Shown piece by piece: positions 1 through 13,553 of a DNA stretch of 64,000 nt (the first letter of the stretch is position 1; each line of letters begins with the position of its first letter). The DNA is taken from assembly GCA_965153455.1 (NCBI GenBank), contig OZ234494.1, positions 372,001 to 436,000 on the forward strand, read 5' to 3'. Under the pieces are notes generated by a model that was given only the letters and a program-made list of their open reading frames with translations, was not told the origin of the DNA and did not search any database. Source of the DNA: Sphagnum compactum. Lineage: Eukaryota. A program made the translations under genes and the position numbers.

Positions 1-215
1 GAAAAAATAAAAGGAGCTCTTTGTCACAAAAGTTCTCACACATGTAGCAGGCTGATTGAGGCATCCTGTCATGACAACTTTTGTACCTAATTAAGAAACA
101 CATTCTAGTGTAGCGTAACTTCTTTGCAGGATTTGGGTTTTTTGAAGTTCTGATATTTGCAAGAGCTTCTTGTGATTTGTCTCTGCTGGTCTGTGGCAAT
201 GTGGGCATGGTACAG

Positions 216-3018
216 ACCTCGGATGTTCTCTATTTTGAGGCGCTGGATCTGCCACTACCTGAGCTTCAGGGCCTGAAGACCCTGAAGGTTGCCTTTCATA
301 ACAGCAAAACAGAGGAGGTAACCCTACCATTAGATGTGAACCTGACATTTTCTGGGGGTTTCATATATTGCCTGCATTAGGTGTAGAGCTTGCTATTTTG
401 AATCACTAGTGGAGCACAATTGGCGATGAAATGTTTTTAAATGTCATAGGAAGGTCATTCTGGTTACTTTGTGATGCATATATAAGTTCACAACACATCA
501 GGAGAATGTTGGTCCCAAGTGATTTAGCAATGGTGCTTTTGTATTTGCTGTCTGTATGATGCATCACAACATCAAGTGCATGACCTTGGCAGCTGTCAGT
601 GCACAATATAAGACTACCGAAGCAGAGCACAGTCGGGGATGTCATCATTGAACTCAAGGGCAAGGTACATGTTTGTTAACAGTAGGTTGTTTAATCTTTA
701 GCCCAACCTATTTGTGTTTCCCAGCACTGTGTTCTTGGCGAAGATATCATGTCCATTGATCCATTGGGCAAGCAATTAGATTTTTTTCCCCTGAAATATG
801 TGTTCTTTGATTAGCCTCTACATATGAAGGGGACATATTTTGTTCACTCTGTACATTTGCATCAACAGCTGAGTATTTTCTTGGCTGTTTGAGAAGGTGG
901 AGCTATCAAACCCACAGGCAGAGCTGAGGGTTCTTGAAGTCTTCTACCACAAAATCTATAAGGTTTGTAAATATCCTCAGAAGCTGGGGCCTTGCATCTA
1001 GTTCAGTCTGCTATTCTTCAATTGTAAGAAGAACGTCCAGATTCTGAGATGAAGTATCATCCAGCATGATTCTTAGCACAGCTTTTGATGTGCACAGAAT
1101 TTATATAGTACTGACAATTATAAGAGTCAAATTGCACTTACCTTGGCACTTGGCTGTTTTGAAATGTGAGTCCTAAATTCTGACCTTTAGTTTTTGCCTG
1201 TGTGTTGTGGCAGATTTTTCCATTGAATGAGAAGATTGAGAATATCAACGATCAGTATTGGACATTACGAGCAGAGGAGGTTAACACAAAGCTCTTACTT
1301 TCTGCTTATACCTTTAGAGCCAGCCACTCTGTTTCATTGTCAACTTCAATATGTCGGCAAATCTCAAGAACTTGGTCTAAGCATTATACTATGAGAATGA
1401 GTAGTGAATGTTGCTTTGTGCCTTTGCAAAATTCTTTGTGAACTGCAATCAAGGATCTGTGTCTCAAGCCAGCCTTTAAACCTTGGAAATACTACATGAA
1501 GGACCGATATTGACACAATGCTAACATCCCACCTGATGTTCAGCACTTATTCCTAATTCATCTTTTAGTGTTTAGTTTACTTGTTCACTTGTTCACTTCA
1601 GTGTAGCATTTGAGTGGTGTTACTCCCATGCCCACCAATTTGAAATTCCTGGGATTCTGGGTTTTGAATATGACTTTTAGCAAATGTTTTGTGTGGGCTG
1701 TGGCTCGATGTCTCCATGCAGATTCCTGATGAGGAGAAGGAATTGGGTGCCCATGATCGTCTGATTCATGTTTACCACTTCTCACGGGACCCCTCACAAA
1801 ACCACATGGTTTGACACTGCTTCATTTCCTAGCATCTGATTTCTGTAGGATGTTGATACCCTTGCTTTTGTTTTATTCAACACTCAAGTTCACACTGGTC
1901 ACATTGCAGGTGCAAAATTTTGGAGAGCCATTTTTCTTGGTGGTGCATCAGACTGAGACATTGGCAGAGGTAAAACAGCGAATACAAACAAAGTTAGCAA
2001 TACCTGACGAAGAGTTCTCCAAGGTCTGTTCTTGGTCTTTCCTTGTCAAAGATTTACCCATACCCTTCAATATGTGAATAAAATACTATCCATATAACTC
2101 ACTTTTTTATTAGCAAGAATTATAGCTAATGCCTTTTAAGGACTGTTCAATTGAATCATCCCTAAATCCATGTCTTTTGCCAGTTCAGGCCAGATTCCAG
2201 TGATTCTTGCAATGTAATCATTTGTGAACATTTTCTTTGCAGAAGTTTCATATTAAGCTTCCTGTTCCTGAAGTTGACTTAAGAGCGTTGTGCCTATTAA
2301 TTAATTGTGCTTGCAATGTTGTTGGCCTGTAGTGGAAATTTGCTTTCCTTTCATTGGGTCGGCCGGAGTATCTACAGGATGATGATGTTGTTGCAAGCCG
2401 CTTCCTGGTGAGTGGACTTTGATATCATTGAGTTTCATGTAAAGGCCTTGTATTCATTTACACTGTCCAATTATTTCAGACCGTGGGTAGGGGTTTTTTT
2501 TTTGAAATTTTTTTCACCCATAGTGTTGTCTCGTGTGTGTTAACAGAAGAGAGACTCGTATGGTGCTTGGGAACATTACCTGGGGTTGGAGCATACTGAT
2601 TGCACCCCCAAGCGATCACATACATCAAACCAGGTTCTCTTCCCTCTCTCAATTTCTTGGATAAATGGAAAAGTAAAATCTTTAATGTGCAGGATATTCA
2701 ATTGAGTTGCCACTGGTACTTTCATTCATGGGTAATAGGTTCTGAAGTCAGAGGTCTAAACTCTAAACTCTCTGCTGATCCAATGTTTGAGGTTGCCAGA
2801 TTCAATAGGTGCAGCTTGTGAAGAGAGTTTTACTATGCATCATATCCTCACAGATGGAGTTCTTTTGTCCACCACCGAGTCATTTTTGTGTTTGCCAAAG
2901 TATTCCTGAATAAGTTACATTTCAGTGGGCCCTACTCATGCCTCTGACTAACTCTAGCCAGGTTTAACTCTTGCAGAATCGACATAATTTTGAGAAGCCT
3001 GTAAAGATCTACAACTGA
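216..3018 (+). CDS. UBP12: Ubiquitin carboxyl-terminal hydrolase 12/13 (USP7/HAUSP-like), 3' part; gene begins upstream of the window
   Basis: Nine phase-0 GT-AG exons: 216-317, 593-664, 897-962, 1214-1279, 1722-1808, 1910-2023, 2333-2407, 2547-2633, 2977-3018. They translate to TSDVLYFEALDLPLPELQGLKTLKVAFH...LRVLEVFYHKIYK...INDQYWTLRAEE...NFGEPFFLVVH...WKFAFLSLGRPEYL...YLGLEHTD...NRHNFEKPVKIYN*, the plant UBP12/13 C-terminal UBL region. UBP12 vs UBP13 cannot be distinguished. Confidence 0.95.
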
Positions 3019-3929
3019 AGTGGGGAATGACTGGAATGCACCACTTTTGAGAGCTTAAAGAAACATGTGGTTGTTTCTTTTTTGTGGGGTACAGGGGAGG
3101 GGGGTTGGGGGTTTGGTGTGAGGAAGGGGGTTAGAGGGAGAGGGGGATGGAGATTAGTACAACAATCTTTTCCTTGCTGTTCTATTTAGCCTGGTTTGAT
3201 TCTTTTGCAATGCACCTAGTGGACTGGGTGCTGGGTTGTACAGAGAGCTGCACCCATTGTTTTTTTTGTCATGGTTAGAAATCCTGAATTCTCTAGTCAT
3301 GCGCACACTATGGAAACCCCCAAAAAAATTGGTTTCTTCAATACCTTGGAGATCGGAGAGTGTGTTCTCTGGTAGTCATCTTGATTATGACAATTCTAGA
3401 GTGCATTCTCCCAGAGTATGCAGCATGACTGATGTGTAAGTGATTCTTAGTGCAGATTGTTTTGCTTCTTTGTGACCAACTTTATATGTTGTGTCAGGTG
3501 TTCATCATTTATTCTTTGGAATGCTATGCACAAGTTGATGAAAATTGCCACTCTGAATTGCAGCATGATTTTGATTGAAAAGTGTAGCACACTTTAGTTG
3601 AAGTTGCTAATTATGGGAAAAAATGAAGAAGTGTGAAGACTCTAAATGGGGGACCAAGAATTCTTATGATCATGAAAGTTGAGTGAAGTCTTTGCTGAAA
3701 TTGCACAGCAAATTGTAATAAAATGATTTCAAACTGACTTTTCTTATTCCAACTCGAGGAATGAAACAATGATCACTTCAAAAAGAAACCATTTAGGTTC
3801 GCCTGATTGAGCCCTTAAACATTTTCCTTTTCCCATTAAGTTCAACCCCTTAAGCCCATTTCTGTTGGTTGTCATCACTTTAATTCAGCCCTCAATTATT
3901 TTTTTCCATAGTCTGCCTCAGTGCATACA

Positions 3930-6498
3930 TCTTGGCCTCAACCCCCCCTGCCTTCTAGAGTTTGATGTCTTCATCAACGTTATGTTGGTGTATTGGACTT
4001 ATCTTTATGCACTTTCCTTTTACCCATCTTGTGGTCACCCTCTTGCTCAAACTTTTCGACCATTTTCGACAAATGGTACAAATGAACATGCTTCACCCAC
4101 TATGACTCTTTGGGGTGACATCCTTTCCATTTGACCAATTATTGCTTCCTAATTCACCTGGTTTGTCTCGCAGTTGGCATGCATTTTACTTCCCTTGCAA
4201 GCTTATGCTCGATGAGGTCGAATCTTGGGTGATAGGCATGTTTTCAATCCTTGCTTTTCTTGTCCTCATGAACTAGCTTCAACTTGGACACATGGAAAGT
4301 CGGATGGGCTACCAATGTCATTGGAAACTGCAAAGTATACACACTAGGGTAGGGTTTGCAAATGATCTTATAAGGGCCCACGTACTTTGGAACAAACCTA
4401 TTCCCCAAAATTGTGGTCATCTTAAAGTCCTCTATGTTTTACCACATTAGGTCCCCCACCTTGAATTTTATGTGCCTTTGCAACTTGTTGGCTTGTTTCT
4501 CATAACCCACGTGCACTTTTTCTAAAAGTTTGATGGCATGTGCTTTCCTCTTTTCGCATTCCTTGGCCATCTTTTCAACCTCCTTGCCACCTTTGTGGCA
4601 AATGCCTCTTGTTCTAGGAATGGTTAGATCCATGGGTTGTTCACTTCAACTCCCAAGGCCAACTCAAAGGTGTTCATTTTTGTGGTCAAATGTTTTGTGG
4701 ACTTGTAACAAAACTCGAGCAAACCAAGATGGTCGCTCCAATCCTTATGATCGTCAACAATATAATTATGGAGATATTGATTCAATATCCTGTTCAATCT
4801 TTCCGTTTGATCATTGGTTTGCAGATGGAAAACAATGCTAAACTTTAGCTTTGTCTTTGCCTTTTTCATTAACAATGTTCAAAATTTTGACATGAATTTC
4901 ACATCCCAATCATTCACTATGACCTCTAACATTCCAATATGTTAGACCCACATGTCAAAAAATAGTTTTGTTATCCCCACCACAATGGCATTTGTTTGGG
5001 TCGATGTAAATTGTGTTAATTTCAAGGAACTTGTCTACCACCACAAAGATGGCATTCATCACCTCCCATTCTAGGATACATGTCTTAAAATCCATTGAGG
5101 AACGACCTAACCTTCTGGCTGAAATGGGCTTTGCCATTTATTAATTGATTCAATTTTCCTCGAGTTGAGCCTCACCCTTTCCCGAGACAACACATGTCCC
5201 AAAAAGTCCTTCTCCGGACTTGCAAATTCATTTTTTTCCCAATTGGCATATAACTTGTTTTCCTTGAGCTTTGCAACACAAACTTTAGATGTGTCGCATG
5301 GTCCTTTGTAGATTTGGAATACATCAAAATCTCATCTATATTGATGATTATGGATTCGTTTAACTTCTCGTGGAAGATTGAGTTCATCAAGGTTGTGAAA
5401 GTCAACAAGGCATTACATAGTTCAAACAACATGATTAAGAATTCATAAGAACCGTACCTAATCTTCATGGCCATCTTTTCCACATCCGCATTTTCCACAT
5501 AGATTTGATAATATCTTGATTTCAAGTCGATTTAGTTAAAATAAGAAGCCCCATTTAGATGATCAAAGAGATTTTTGATTCAGGGCAAGGGGTAATTGTT
5601 CTTAATGACGATTTTGTTCAAGGCATGGTAATTTATGCACATGCGTAATTTTCATCTTTTTAATCCATAAACAAGATGGGCAAGCCATCAGGCAATTTAT
5701 TTGGCCTAATGTGTCCCCATTCCATTAAGTCATTTATTTGAGCCTTGAATTTTTGTAACTTTTTTTATTTAGCTAGTATGGTGGCTTAGACAGTGGTGCC
5801 GACCCAAGCACCACCTCAATTTTATGGTCCACATTGTCATAAAGAGGTATATGTTTAGGGAGGTTGTTTATTAATTAAGATGTCAAAATTTTAGTAATTA
5901 TGTTGGAAATACAAGTAGGCCAAAACCTAACCCCTTTGGTTTGAGACTTGGCATTAGATTCATCCACATGGATCAAAATTGAAAATGAAGCCTCTTGCAA
6001 TTCTTGCAAGGAGACCAAATACTTACCTTAGCTAAAGTAGCATGGTATTAAACTTTTAAACTAATAGACCTATCTTTTAGCCTAATAATGACTTTTAATT
6101 TAGAGCCTCCTTTCAAAACATCTACAAGGTAAGCGTCTAAAAAGGTTAAGATGGCCTCCGTGCCATCTAAGGTGTAAACCATGAAGTTCTTTGTAAATTT
6201 TGCCTTGCCACATTCCAAAGCGAACCCTCAACACCACCTCACTTGCGAATGCCATGGCTCCTTGTGTTAAGTGGACCTTGATGGGTTTGGCCACCTTTGT
6301 GGCCATTGATCCAAGTCGTTTTACTCCATTTAGGTTCACAAATGAGTGCGTGGTTCTCGAATCCAAAAGACATAACACCCCATTAGTTCCTACCTTGAAC
6401 CTAAGTAGGATTAAATTGGGGCCCAACTTGGTCACATTTGCTTTTACAACAAACCCCTCTTGTGCCCAGTCCTATCTTACCTTTTCACAATCCTTGGC
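3930..6498 (-). mobile_element. Degenerate Ty3/Gypsy LTR retrotransposon (chromovirus type), pol remnant
   Basis: Minus-strand fragments in Gypsy order: protease LLDSRTTHSFV (~6340-6370); RT KSRYYQI...YGSYEFLIMLFELCNAL.TF...NIDEILMYSK (degenerate YIDD; 5172-5830); integrase SMDF..., FHLQTNDQTERLNRILNQYL (4620-5100), KFKVGDLMW; chromodomain-like VKWKGCHPKES*WV (~4095-4135); purine tract on the minus strand at ~3937-3952. Many stops and frameshifts; LTRs not identified. Confidence 0.88.
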
Positions 6499-6501
6499 AA
6501 A

Positions 6502-8274
6502 CACTATTAGAAATCATGTCATTTGCAACCAGTCACTATGTAACTAGCATGCAATTGGTTATCGTTTGCAATTATTTTAATCATGTTTGCAACTATAAAT
6601 TTGGTATTGTATAATTTTTGAGTCATACGGTTGTGTATGCAATTAACATGCAACTAAATGTGTACAACATGGACACATGTCATAAAACTGATGACTTAAA
6701 CATATACATATTTAAATTACTATATTTAATATATCTACATAGGTTATATATAATAGTATTATGTACCTCTAGTACTAAGGTTAACCCCATGCTAATTTAG
6801 GCTAACCTACACTAACCTAGGTTAAAATAACCATGGTTAAACTAAGGATGGCTAAATTAAGTTAAGCTAAACTAATTATGGTTAATTTAAATTAAGTTAA
6901 ATTAAATCATGTTAAATTAACCATGGCTAAATTAAGCTAAACTAAACTAATTGTGGTTAGAATAAAATAATTAAATTAAATTAGGCTAAACTAACCACAT
7001 TTAAATTAAGTTAGGCTAAAATAATTATGGCTAGATTAAACTAGGCTAAATTAACCATGGTTAAATTTATTAAACTAAACTGATTATGGCTAAATTACAT
7101 TAAGTTAAATTAATTATGGTTAAAATAAGTTAGTCCAAACTAATCATGGTTCAGTCAAATTAGGTTAAATTATTAGGCAAAATAAATTATGATTAAATTA
7201 AGTTAAGTTATAATATTTATGGCTAAATTAAATTACACTATATTTATTATGGCTAAACTAAATCAAGCTAAATCAAATTAGGATAAAAATAAATATGACT
7301 AAATTAAGTTAGGTTAAAATATTTATGGCTAAATTAAAATTAGGCTAAAATTAACAATGGTTAAATTAAATTAAGTTAAATTAAACCATGGTCTAAATAT
7401 GTTTGAGTTTATTTTTTTGGGAATATTTTTCAGAAAATGTAAATTTGATTAAACAAACAATTGTTCAGAATCAATTAATATGATAATATTAAAATTTATT
7501 ATAAATAATCATAATTATTAATGAAACATTTATTATAATTATAGTGATGATCAATTATATATATACTCAATATGTATTATATATTTAATTTTATTATTTA
7601 TGTTAAAATATTAATGTAAATAGGCTAAGACTAATTAACTTGCAAGTACACAAACATCTTAAGCTAATTAGTAATTTAAGCTAGATAATAATATAAAAAT
7701 CATATTTTCATTAATTAATCATAATTATTAAAAAATCCTATAATCATCTTTGAAGTGCAAATGAAAAGGAGTAATGTAAAATTAACAAGAAGAAAAATAA
7801 CCTTTCCAAGTTACAAAACATTTTGTTTTTTTTCTATTTGGACCCGTGCTACTTTCAAACTTCATAACTTTCTTATTCTTATTCATTTAAAAAAAAATTT
7901 AAATTTAAAATTTAGCTTAATTTAAATTAACCATAATTAGTTTAGCCTTATTTAATTTAACCATGGTTAATTTAGGTTAGCCTAAGTTAGCATGGGGTTA
8001 ACCTTAGTATTAGAGGTAGGTACATAATAATATTATATATATAACATATGTAAATATATTAAGTATAGTAATTTAAATATGTATAAATTTAAGCCATTAT
8101 TTTTATGACATGTGTCCATATTGTACACATTTAGCTGCATGTTAGTTGCACACAAAACCATATGACCCAAAATTATACAATATCAAATTTGTAGTTGTAA
8201 ACATGACTAAACGACAATCAATTACATGCTAATTGCATAGTGATTGGTTGCAAATGACAACGTTTCTAGTAGTG
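6502..8274. mobile_element. Non-autonomous CACTA-ended DNA element with long imperfect terminal inverted repeats
   Basis: Starts CACTATTAGAAA (6502) and ends TTTCTAGTAGTG (8274). About 6500-6900 is the imperfect reverse complement of about 7905-8277; ORFs 6200-6547(+) and 8229-8438(-) both end VICNQSLCN. The interior is AT-rich and non-coding. No direct 3-bp TSD (flanks AAA / TTT). Confidence 0.82.
6790..7395. repeat. Subterminal AT-rich degenerate tandem repeat (~30-bp unit, AAATTAAGTTAGGCTAAACTAACCATGGTT-like)
   Basis: Recurrent (A/C)CATGGTTAAATTAA / TTATGGCTAAATTAAGTTAGG motifs; a shorter mirror set lies at ~7905-7990. Confidence 0.8.
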
Positions 8275-10395
8275 TTTACTTCTTGCACATCAATAGTAAA
8301 GTTGTGACCCACATTGTGGCTCAAAGAAATCAACTTAGTATTTATGGGGTAGTGATGCATGTACATTAAATGACATGCCCCCAAACTAAGAATAAGATTG
8401 TGGGAACAAGGTTTCCAGTGCATGTAATCGTGAACCATGTCCTAAACCAAAAGGGGTTTGGCTTGGTTGAGCCCAAGTCGACATTATTTGTTGGTGCGTT
8501 TCATAGTCAAACCCTAGCATGGTTGCCCAGGGTCACCGAAAGAACATGCCTAGACATGAAACTTAACTTTCAAGTATTTTGAGGGGGCCCCAATAGGGGG
8601 ATTATTGTTTGGCAAGAGAAGCAAACCCAAGAGGGGTGTCTGGTGTAGTTTAAGGGTCTGACATATAGACAGACAAAAAAATTGTCTAAGAATCCTCCTG
8701 CATTTAAAAGGCTAGAGCCTGGGATGCAAACAATACTTAAATTGAAAACTAACTATTCTTCTAAAGGCTTGAGGTAAAAGGTGGCAAAAGGTATGGCTTG
8801 CCATAATTAAGGCAACATGTGCATTATGTTTATGAGATAAACCTCCTAAAGGTGGGGGTGAATGATATGCCTTTCTACTTAAGAGATGTTTTAAGCGAAT
8901 GCAAGCTTCATACTATATAAGACCAACTTAGTGGGCATTGAGGCGATATGAGAGTTAAGCCAAAAATGGCTTCATGAGGTTTGATTTTTCTAAGAGTCGG
9001 GAGGTGTTCAGACCTCGGGGTCTGAATGGGGTAAGGCGGAGCTTGGGCTCTGCTAAACAAAGAATATAACTAGGGGTTGTTTTTAGGATTACAGTGTGAG
9101 GCAGTATCCCCTTAAAACCCTCAATGGATGATTAAACATTGTCACGGGTCGCCCAAAGGGGCAAACTTGTGAGCCTTACTAACATAACCATGCGCGGTGG
9201 TCTCAATTTTCAAGAATTGCATCAAGGATATTGGGATATGATAAGGCTATTAGGGATTTTTTAGCAATTTCATGTTAAATTGAGAGTGATGAGTGCGCAT
9301 GGTTGTGTGGGGGTTTTTTTTCGGAATTCAATTTTTTTTTAAAAAAAAGTTGGTAATCATAGTTTTAGAACTTCAATTGCATGATTGGGGGTTTATAAAG
9401 GGTTGGGGTTAAAAGCAAACACCAAAATTCGTAATGTTCAACAAAATGTTGGTCTTGTTCTAGTAGTTGGTGGATAGTCGTGTAAACAAAAATGATTTGA
9501 GATTTTTGAAGCAGTTAAAGGGTGTAAATGAAGGGCCTAATGGATATAGAATAATATTCAAGCATTATAAATTTGTAAAATTAATTTGAGACAACATAAC
9601 GATTGAAATAATAGTGTGATATGGTGGAAATGACAACATGGATTTCATGATGAATGAAGCTTTTATTCAGGTTATGAATAAATTCAACAAGGAGCTGCAA
9701 ATACATGTTGAGTCCTAGGTTATGCCATAGTGATAGTTCATAATTGCAGAAAATTTAAGATGCATCAAATGGTGTGCATTAAGTAATCCGACTTTCTATT
9801 GAAAAGCAATCGACAAATCGAACTGCGCAACCAACGATAGTGTCTAATGCCGGGACTTAAAGACCATGCAAAGATGGAAGTGTCTTTAGTTTCATAAAAA
9901 CCTTTGTAAATAGTTTCAAGTTCATGAGTAGAAGCGGGGACGACTTGTAACAAAATCACCAAAGTACAGGAATTTGAAGAAATGCGATAATACCATGTTC
10001 GAGGGGGTTCAACTTTGAAACAAAGGCACATTTCTTGCGGTTTGGGATCTTCATCATGAGGATGTTAGGTTAGTGTTAAATATAGGGACGATTCCTAGGG
10101 CCATTTTTTATTCATTTGTGCAACTTGAGGCCCGTAAGATGTGGTCATGCACAATGCCATGATTTCAAAAAAAGGATCAATATTCAATCAAAATCAATTT
10201 GGCGATGATTGTGTGAAAAATTTGGTACATCAAGATGCGTGATTACAATTTATAGGTCAAGGAAAAACGTAAAAAAACGATCTAGAAGCATGGTAAAGTA
10301 AAACTTTAAAATCAATGGAAAAAAAATTGAAATAAAATTTGTTAGAGGGGAAAGTGAAAAGAGGTGAAAATGATGCTTCTCCTTCACCTTCTAAA

Positions 10396-10592
10396 GGCCA
10401 CCAAACATTGGAATTTTCCATTTGCCACCAAGCAAAATGCTTCCCCGTCGGCCACCAAACTTAGAACATTCCAAGGGCCACTAAGCTTGGAACCTTCCAT
10501 TGACCACCAAATTTGGAACCTTTCAAAGGCCACCAAACATTAGAACCTTCCAAAGGTCACCAAACATTGGAACCTTCCATTGACCACCAAGT
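10396..10592. repeat. Minisatellite, ~26-27-bp unit, about 8 copies
   Basis: Repeated GCCACCAAAC(A)TTGGAACCTTCCA(TTG/AAG). Confidence 0.85.
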
Positions 10593-10851
10593 TGGGGTCT
10601 TCCTTCACCTCCTTCTTTCTCTTTAAAGGCGCGAATTTGGATTATTTAGCTCTCTATTTTTCAAACATAATTTTCGATTTGAATCTTTGAAAACTTGTTC
10701 ATACAACTTTCCTTAAGAGGGGAATAGTGATTAGTCTTAGTAAATGGTGGAAAAAAAAGGAAAATAAATTGGATGATAGTAATACCTTTAAAATAATCGA
10801 AGTGTGTAGGGGCAGTTTTGGAACTTGAAATCTTAGAAAAATTTCATAAGA

Positions 10852-11216
10852 CCTCTCGGGTTTTGTAGCATAATTTTTTTAAAAATTTAAGTACAGAACT
10901 TAAGATTTGGTAAGCACGTGCGCCCTGTAGTTAGCTTTCCAATGAACTAATGCAAGCTAGATTTGAATAGAATATGTGATAGCAACATTGCTTTAAATGA
11001 ATGGAGGTCTACTATCAAGTTGAGTTTTGTATTTTCATGATACCCTCTCAGGTTCTATGGCACAATTTTTTACTGATTTAAGTGTAGAACTTAAGATTTG
11101 GTAAGCAGGTGCGCCTTATAATTAACTTTCCAATGAATTTATATAAGTTAGATTTGAATAATGTATGTGATGGGAACATTATTTTGAGTGACTGGAGGTT
11201 TGTTGTCAAGTTGAGT
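10852..11216. repeat. Diverged tandem duplication (~190-bp period, 2 copies)
   Basis: 10852-11025 and 11043-11216 share ...AGAACTTAAGATTTGGTAAGCA(C/G)GTGCGCC...CTTTCCAATGAA...TAGATTTGAATA...TGGAGGT...TCAAGTTGAGT. Confidence 0.85.
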
Positions 11217-13553
11217 ATATTGTCAAATCCTTAGAAGTTGATTTAGGTGGGTGACAATTTAATATAAAATTTTAAGATTTGGAAAGTTTGAACTTAAAAA
11301 ATATATCTATTAATTCTAAATTATAAATGATGCATAGAAGGCAAATTATTTATTTTTAACTACAAACACAATTTAATATCTAGAGATACATTTTGCATTT
11401 TTCCTTCATCAATAACATATGTACTTTCAAGTATAATCACTTCATAGAACTGGGAGTTAAAGGATAGAAAGTCACCTCACATAATTCGTTAAAATGTTTG
11501 GGACAATTAAAAGTTATCCTTTAAAAGCTTCAAGGCCCAATTCTTGACAAAGGGTTGGCTTTAATAGTCCCCACTTAAGTCCTTTAGACCAACTTTGGGA
11601 GTTGGTCCCAAAAGGCCCCTGAAGTCAACCGGGGGCTGATTTGGCTTATGGCCATGTGGACTGACTCTAAGAATCGGACTTGTGCCACTCCAAGTTAGAC
11701 TAAGACTTAGTCTCAATAACATGGTTTAGTGAATTTAAGTTCGTCCTAAGCGGTTGGGACTTTGGGACTAACCAAGTGTGTCATGGGGTGCGCAGGTAGC
11801 TAGGAGCTAAAAGAGTTGACATGAGAAAAGCTTGATGAAATGTGAGAAATGCAAGACGACATATGAGAAAAGGTGTCGAGGATCTTTTGCGGTGGTAGGT
11901 ACCAGCCAGGCTATACTAGCATCTTCTCTCCAGCGGAAGGTACAAGCCAGCATGTCACTAAATCTAAAAAGTGGAAGAACCTCTGCTTTACATAGGAAAA
12001 GGACCTGAGTACAGGCCCTTATGGGATTTTTGACCTGAGGGAAGAGCCTGTACGCGGGCCCTTCTCCAGGCCCGTCTGTGATTTTCGACCTGTTATCTTA
12101 GCCTCGGGCACAGATCTCAAATCAGGGAAGGGCCTGTACACATGCCCTTCTCCTGTACTTAATGTGATACCATTGTCATGTTGCTAGTTAGTAGTATGCA
12201 TAAAAATCATGGGATATTGAGCTATCAGGTCCCTCGGTAGAATTAGGTTCACACTGCTGCAGGATAAGCAATTACTAAACATGGACTCTTAAAGAAGGGA
12301 ATTCTGGATTATACTTTTTGGATGGGATTCCCTCTAATGCTATATTCTTCATTATGTCTCAGTCAATATGGCTACTGAAATATTCCCATGATACATGTTT
12401 CAGGTACAAAATCAAAACAAGAGAAAGCATTTTCAAAGTTCTCATTTGCAAAGCAGTGTTCACATACTCAGAAAATTACAACCATTTTAAGATGTTGGAT
12501 GTACCTTCAGAGCCTTCATCTAGTGATGCAGAGCTCTAGTATCACTGTTCTATAGCTCAGCAAAGGACTAACCCACAACTGTCATATTCATTAACAAATT
12601 AACTTATTCTAGATCGCTTTTAGTGCACTTACAAAGAAAACCTTGCCCAACTCAGACAGTGAAGCAAAGGAAACTACTGCTGATCAAAGTGGAGGGGTTG
12701 AACAGATTCTCAAGCTCAACCTTGCTGAAGAGTTCTAAGCGGTGTCATAGCTCATTGACAAACTTTGATATCACTATGCCAGAATCCAATCATCTTGAAC
12801 AAAGTTAAAACTAAGAAGCCTGATCATTCAAGATGATGAGTCTACGCAGAACTATTGACCATATGCAAAAGCTTCTCCAGAAAATGACAATTGCTTGTCA
12901 AACCTCTTCTGAAACCATTACTATACTGCAGCATTCTAGTGGAGATATAAAATGGAGCATTTACACCTTTAAGGAAGTGAACAATGGGTGGCCAAAAGAG
13001 AGAAGGTAACAAAAATCGAAAATTGTGTTCATAAGGAAATACTGGAGTGTTGCTGCAGGAAGGAAGCGGGGCACACAACAGCACAGTCCTGCTCAAGAAA
13101 AAGTGCTGCAGTCATTTGGAGCAACATCTGCTTGTGTGGCCTCACTTGTGGCCCCAATACATATAAATGGTATTCAGAATCAATTCAGCACTGCCCTCAT
13201 CATGGTAGTGGTGCTGTATAGTAAGTAGAAGACACCCAACCATGTCCAAAACAATGCAATAAATTGAACAGGATACACGCAAAAGCACAGTGAACAACAA
13301 GCAGTGAAAGAATGGCTCTGAATGGCTCCAATCTAGCTAGCATACATTATCTTTACAACATGTCAAATGACTGTTTACAACCATCAGCATGATGTGAGCC
13401 TAGCAGAGACTTAAGAACATTAACAATGACAAATTTAATCTAAATTTGCCCACAGGTGGGGGTGAGGGGGTATCCTCACCCTTGCAAGACCAATCAGGCC
13501 CACAGCCACAGAGATCTTACATAAAAAAGTTACAAGAGAGATTGATGACAATG

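Noticed and set aside
8278..9250. Possible gag/5' part of the Gypsy element
   Set aside because: The position fits, but no convincing gag motif, PBS or LTR could be read, so it is not listed as a feature.
12300..13300. Short ORFs downstream of the kinesin stop
   Set aside because: No recognisable domain or coherent exon chain; likely 3'UTR or intergenic.
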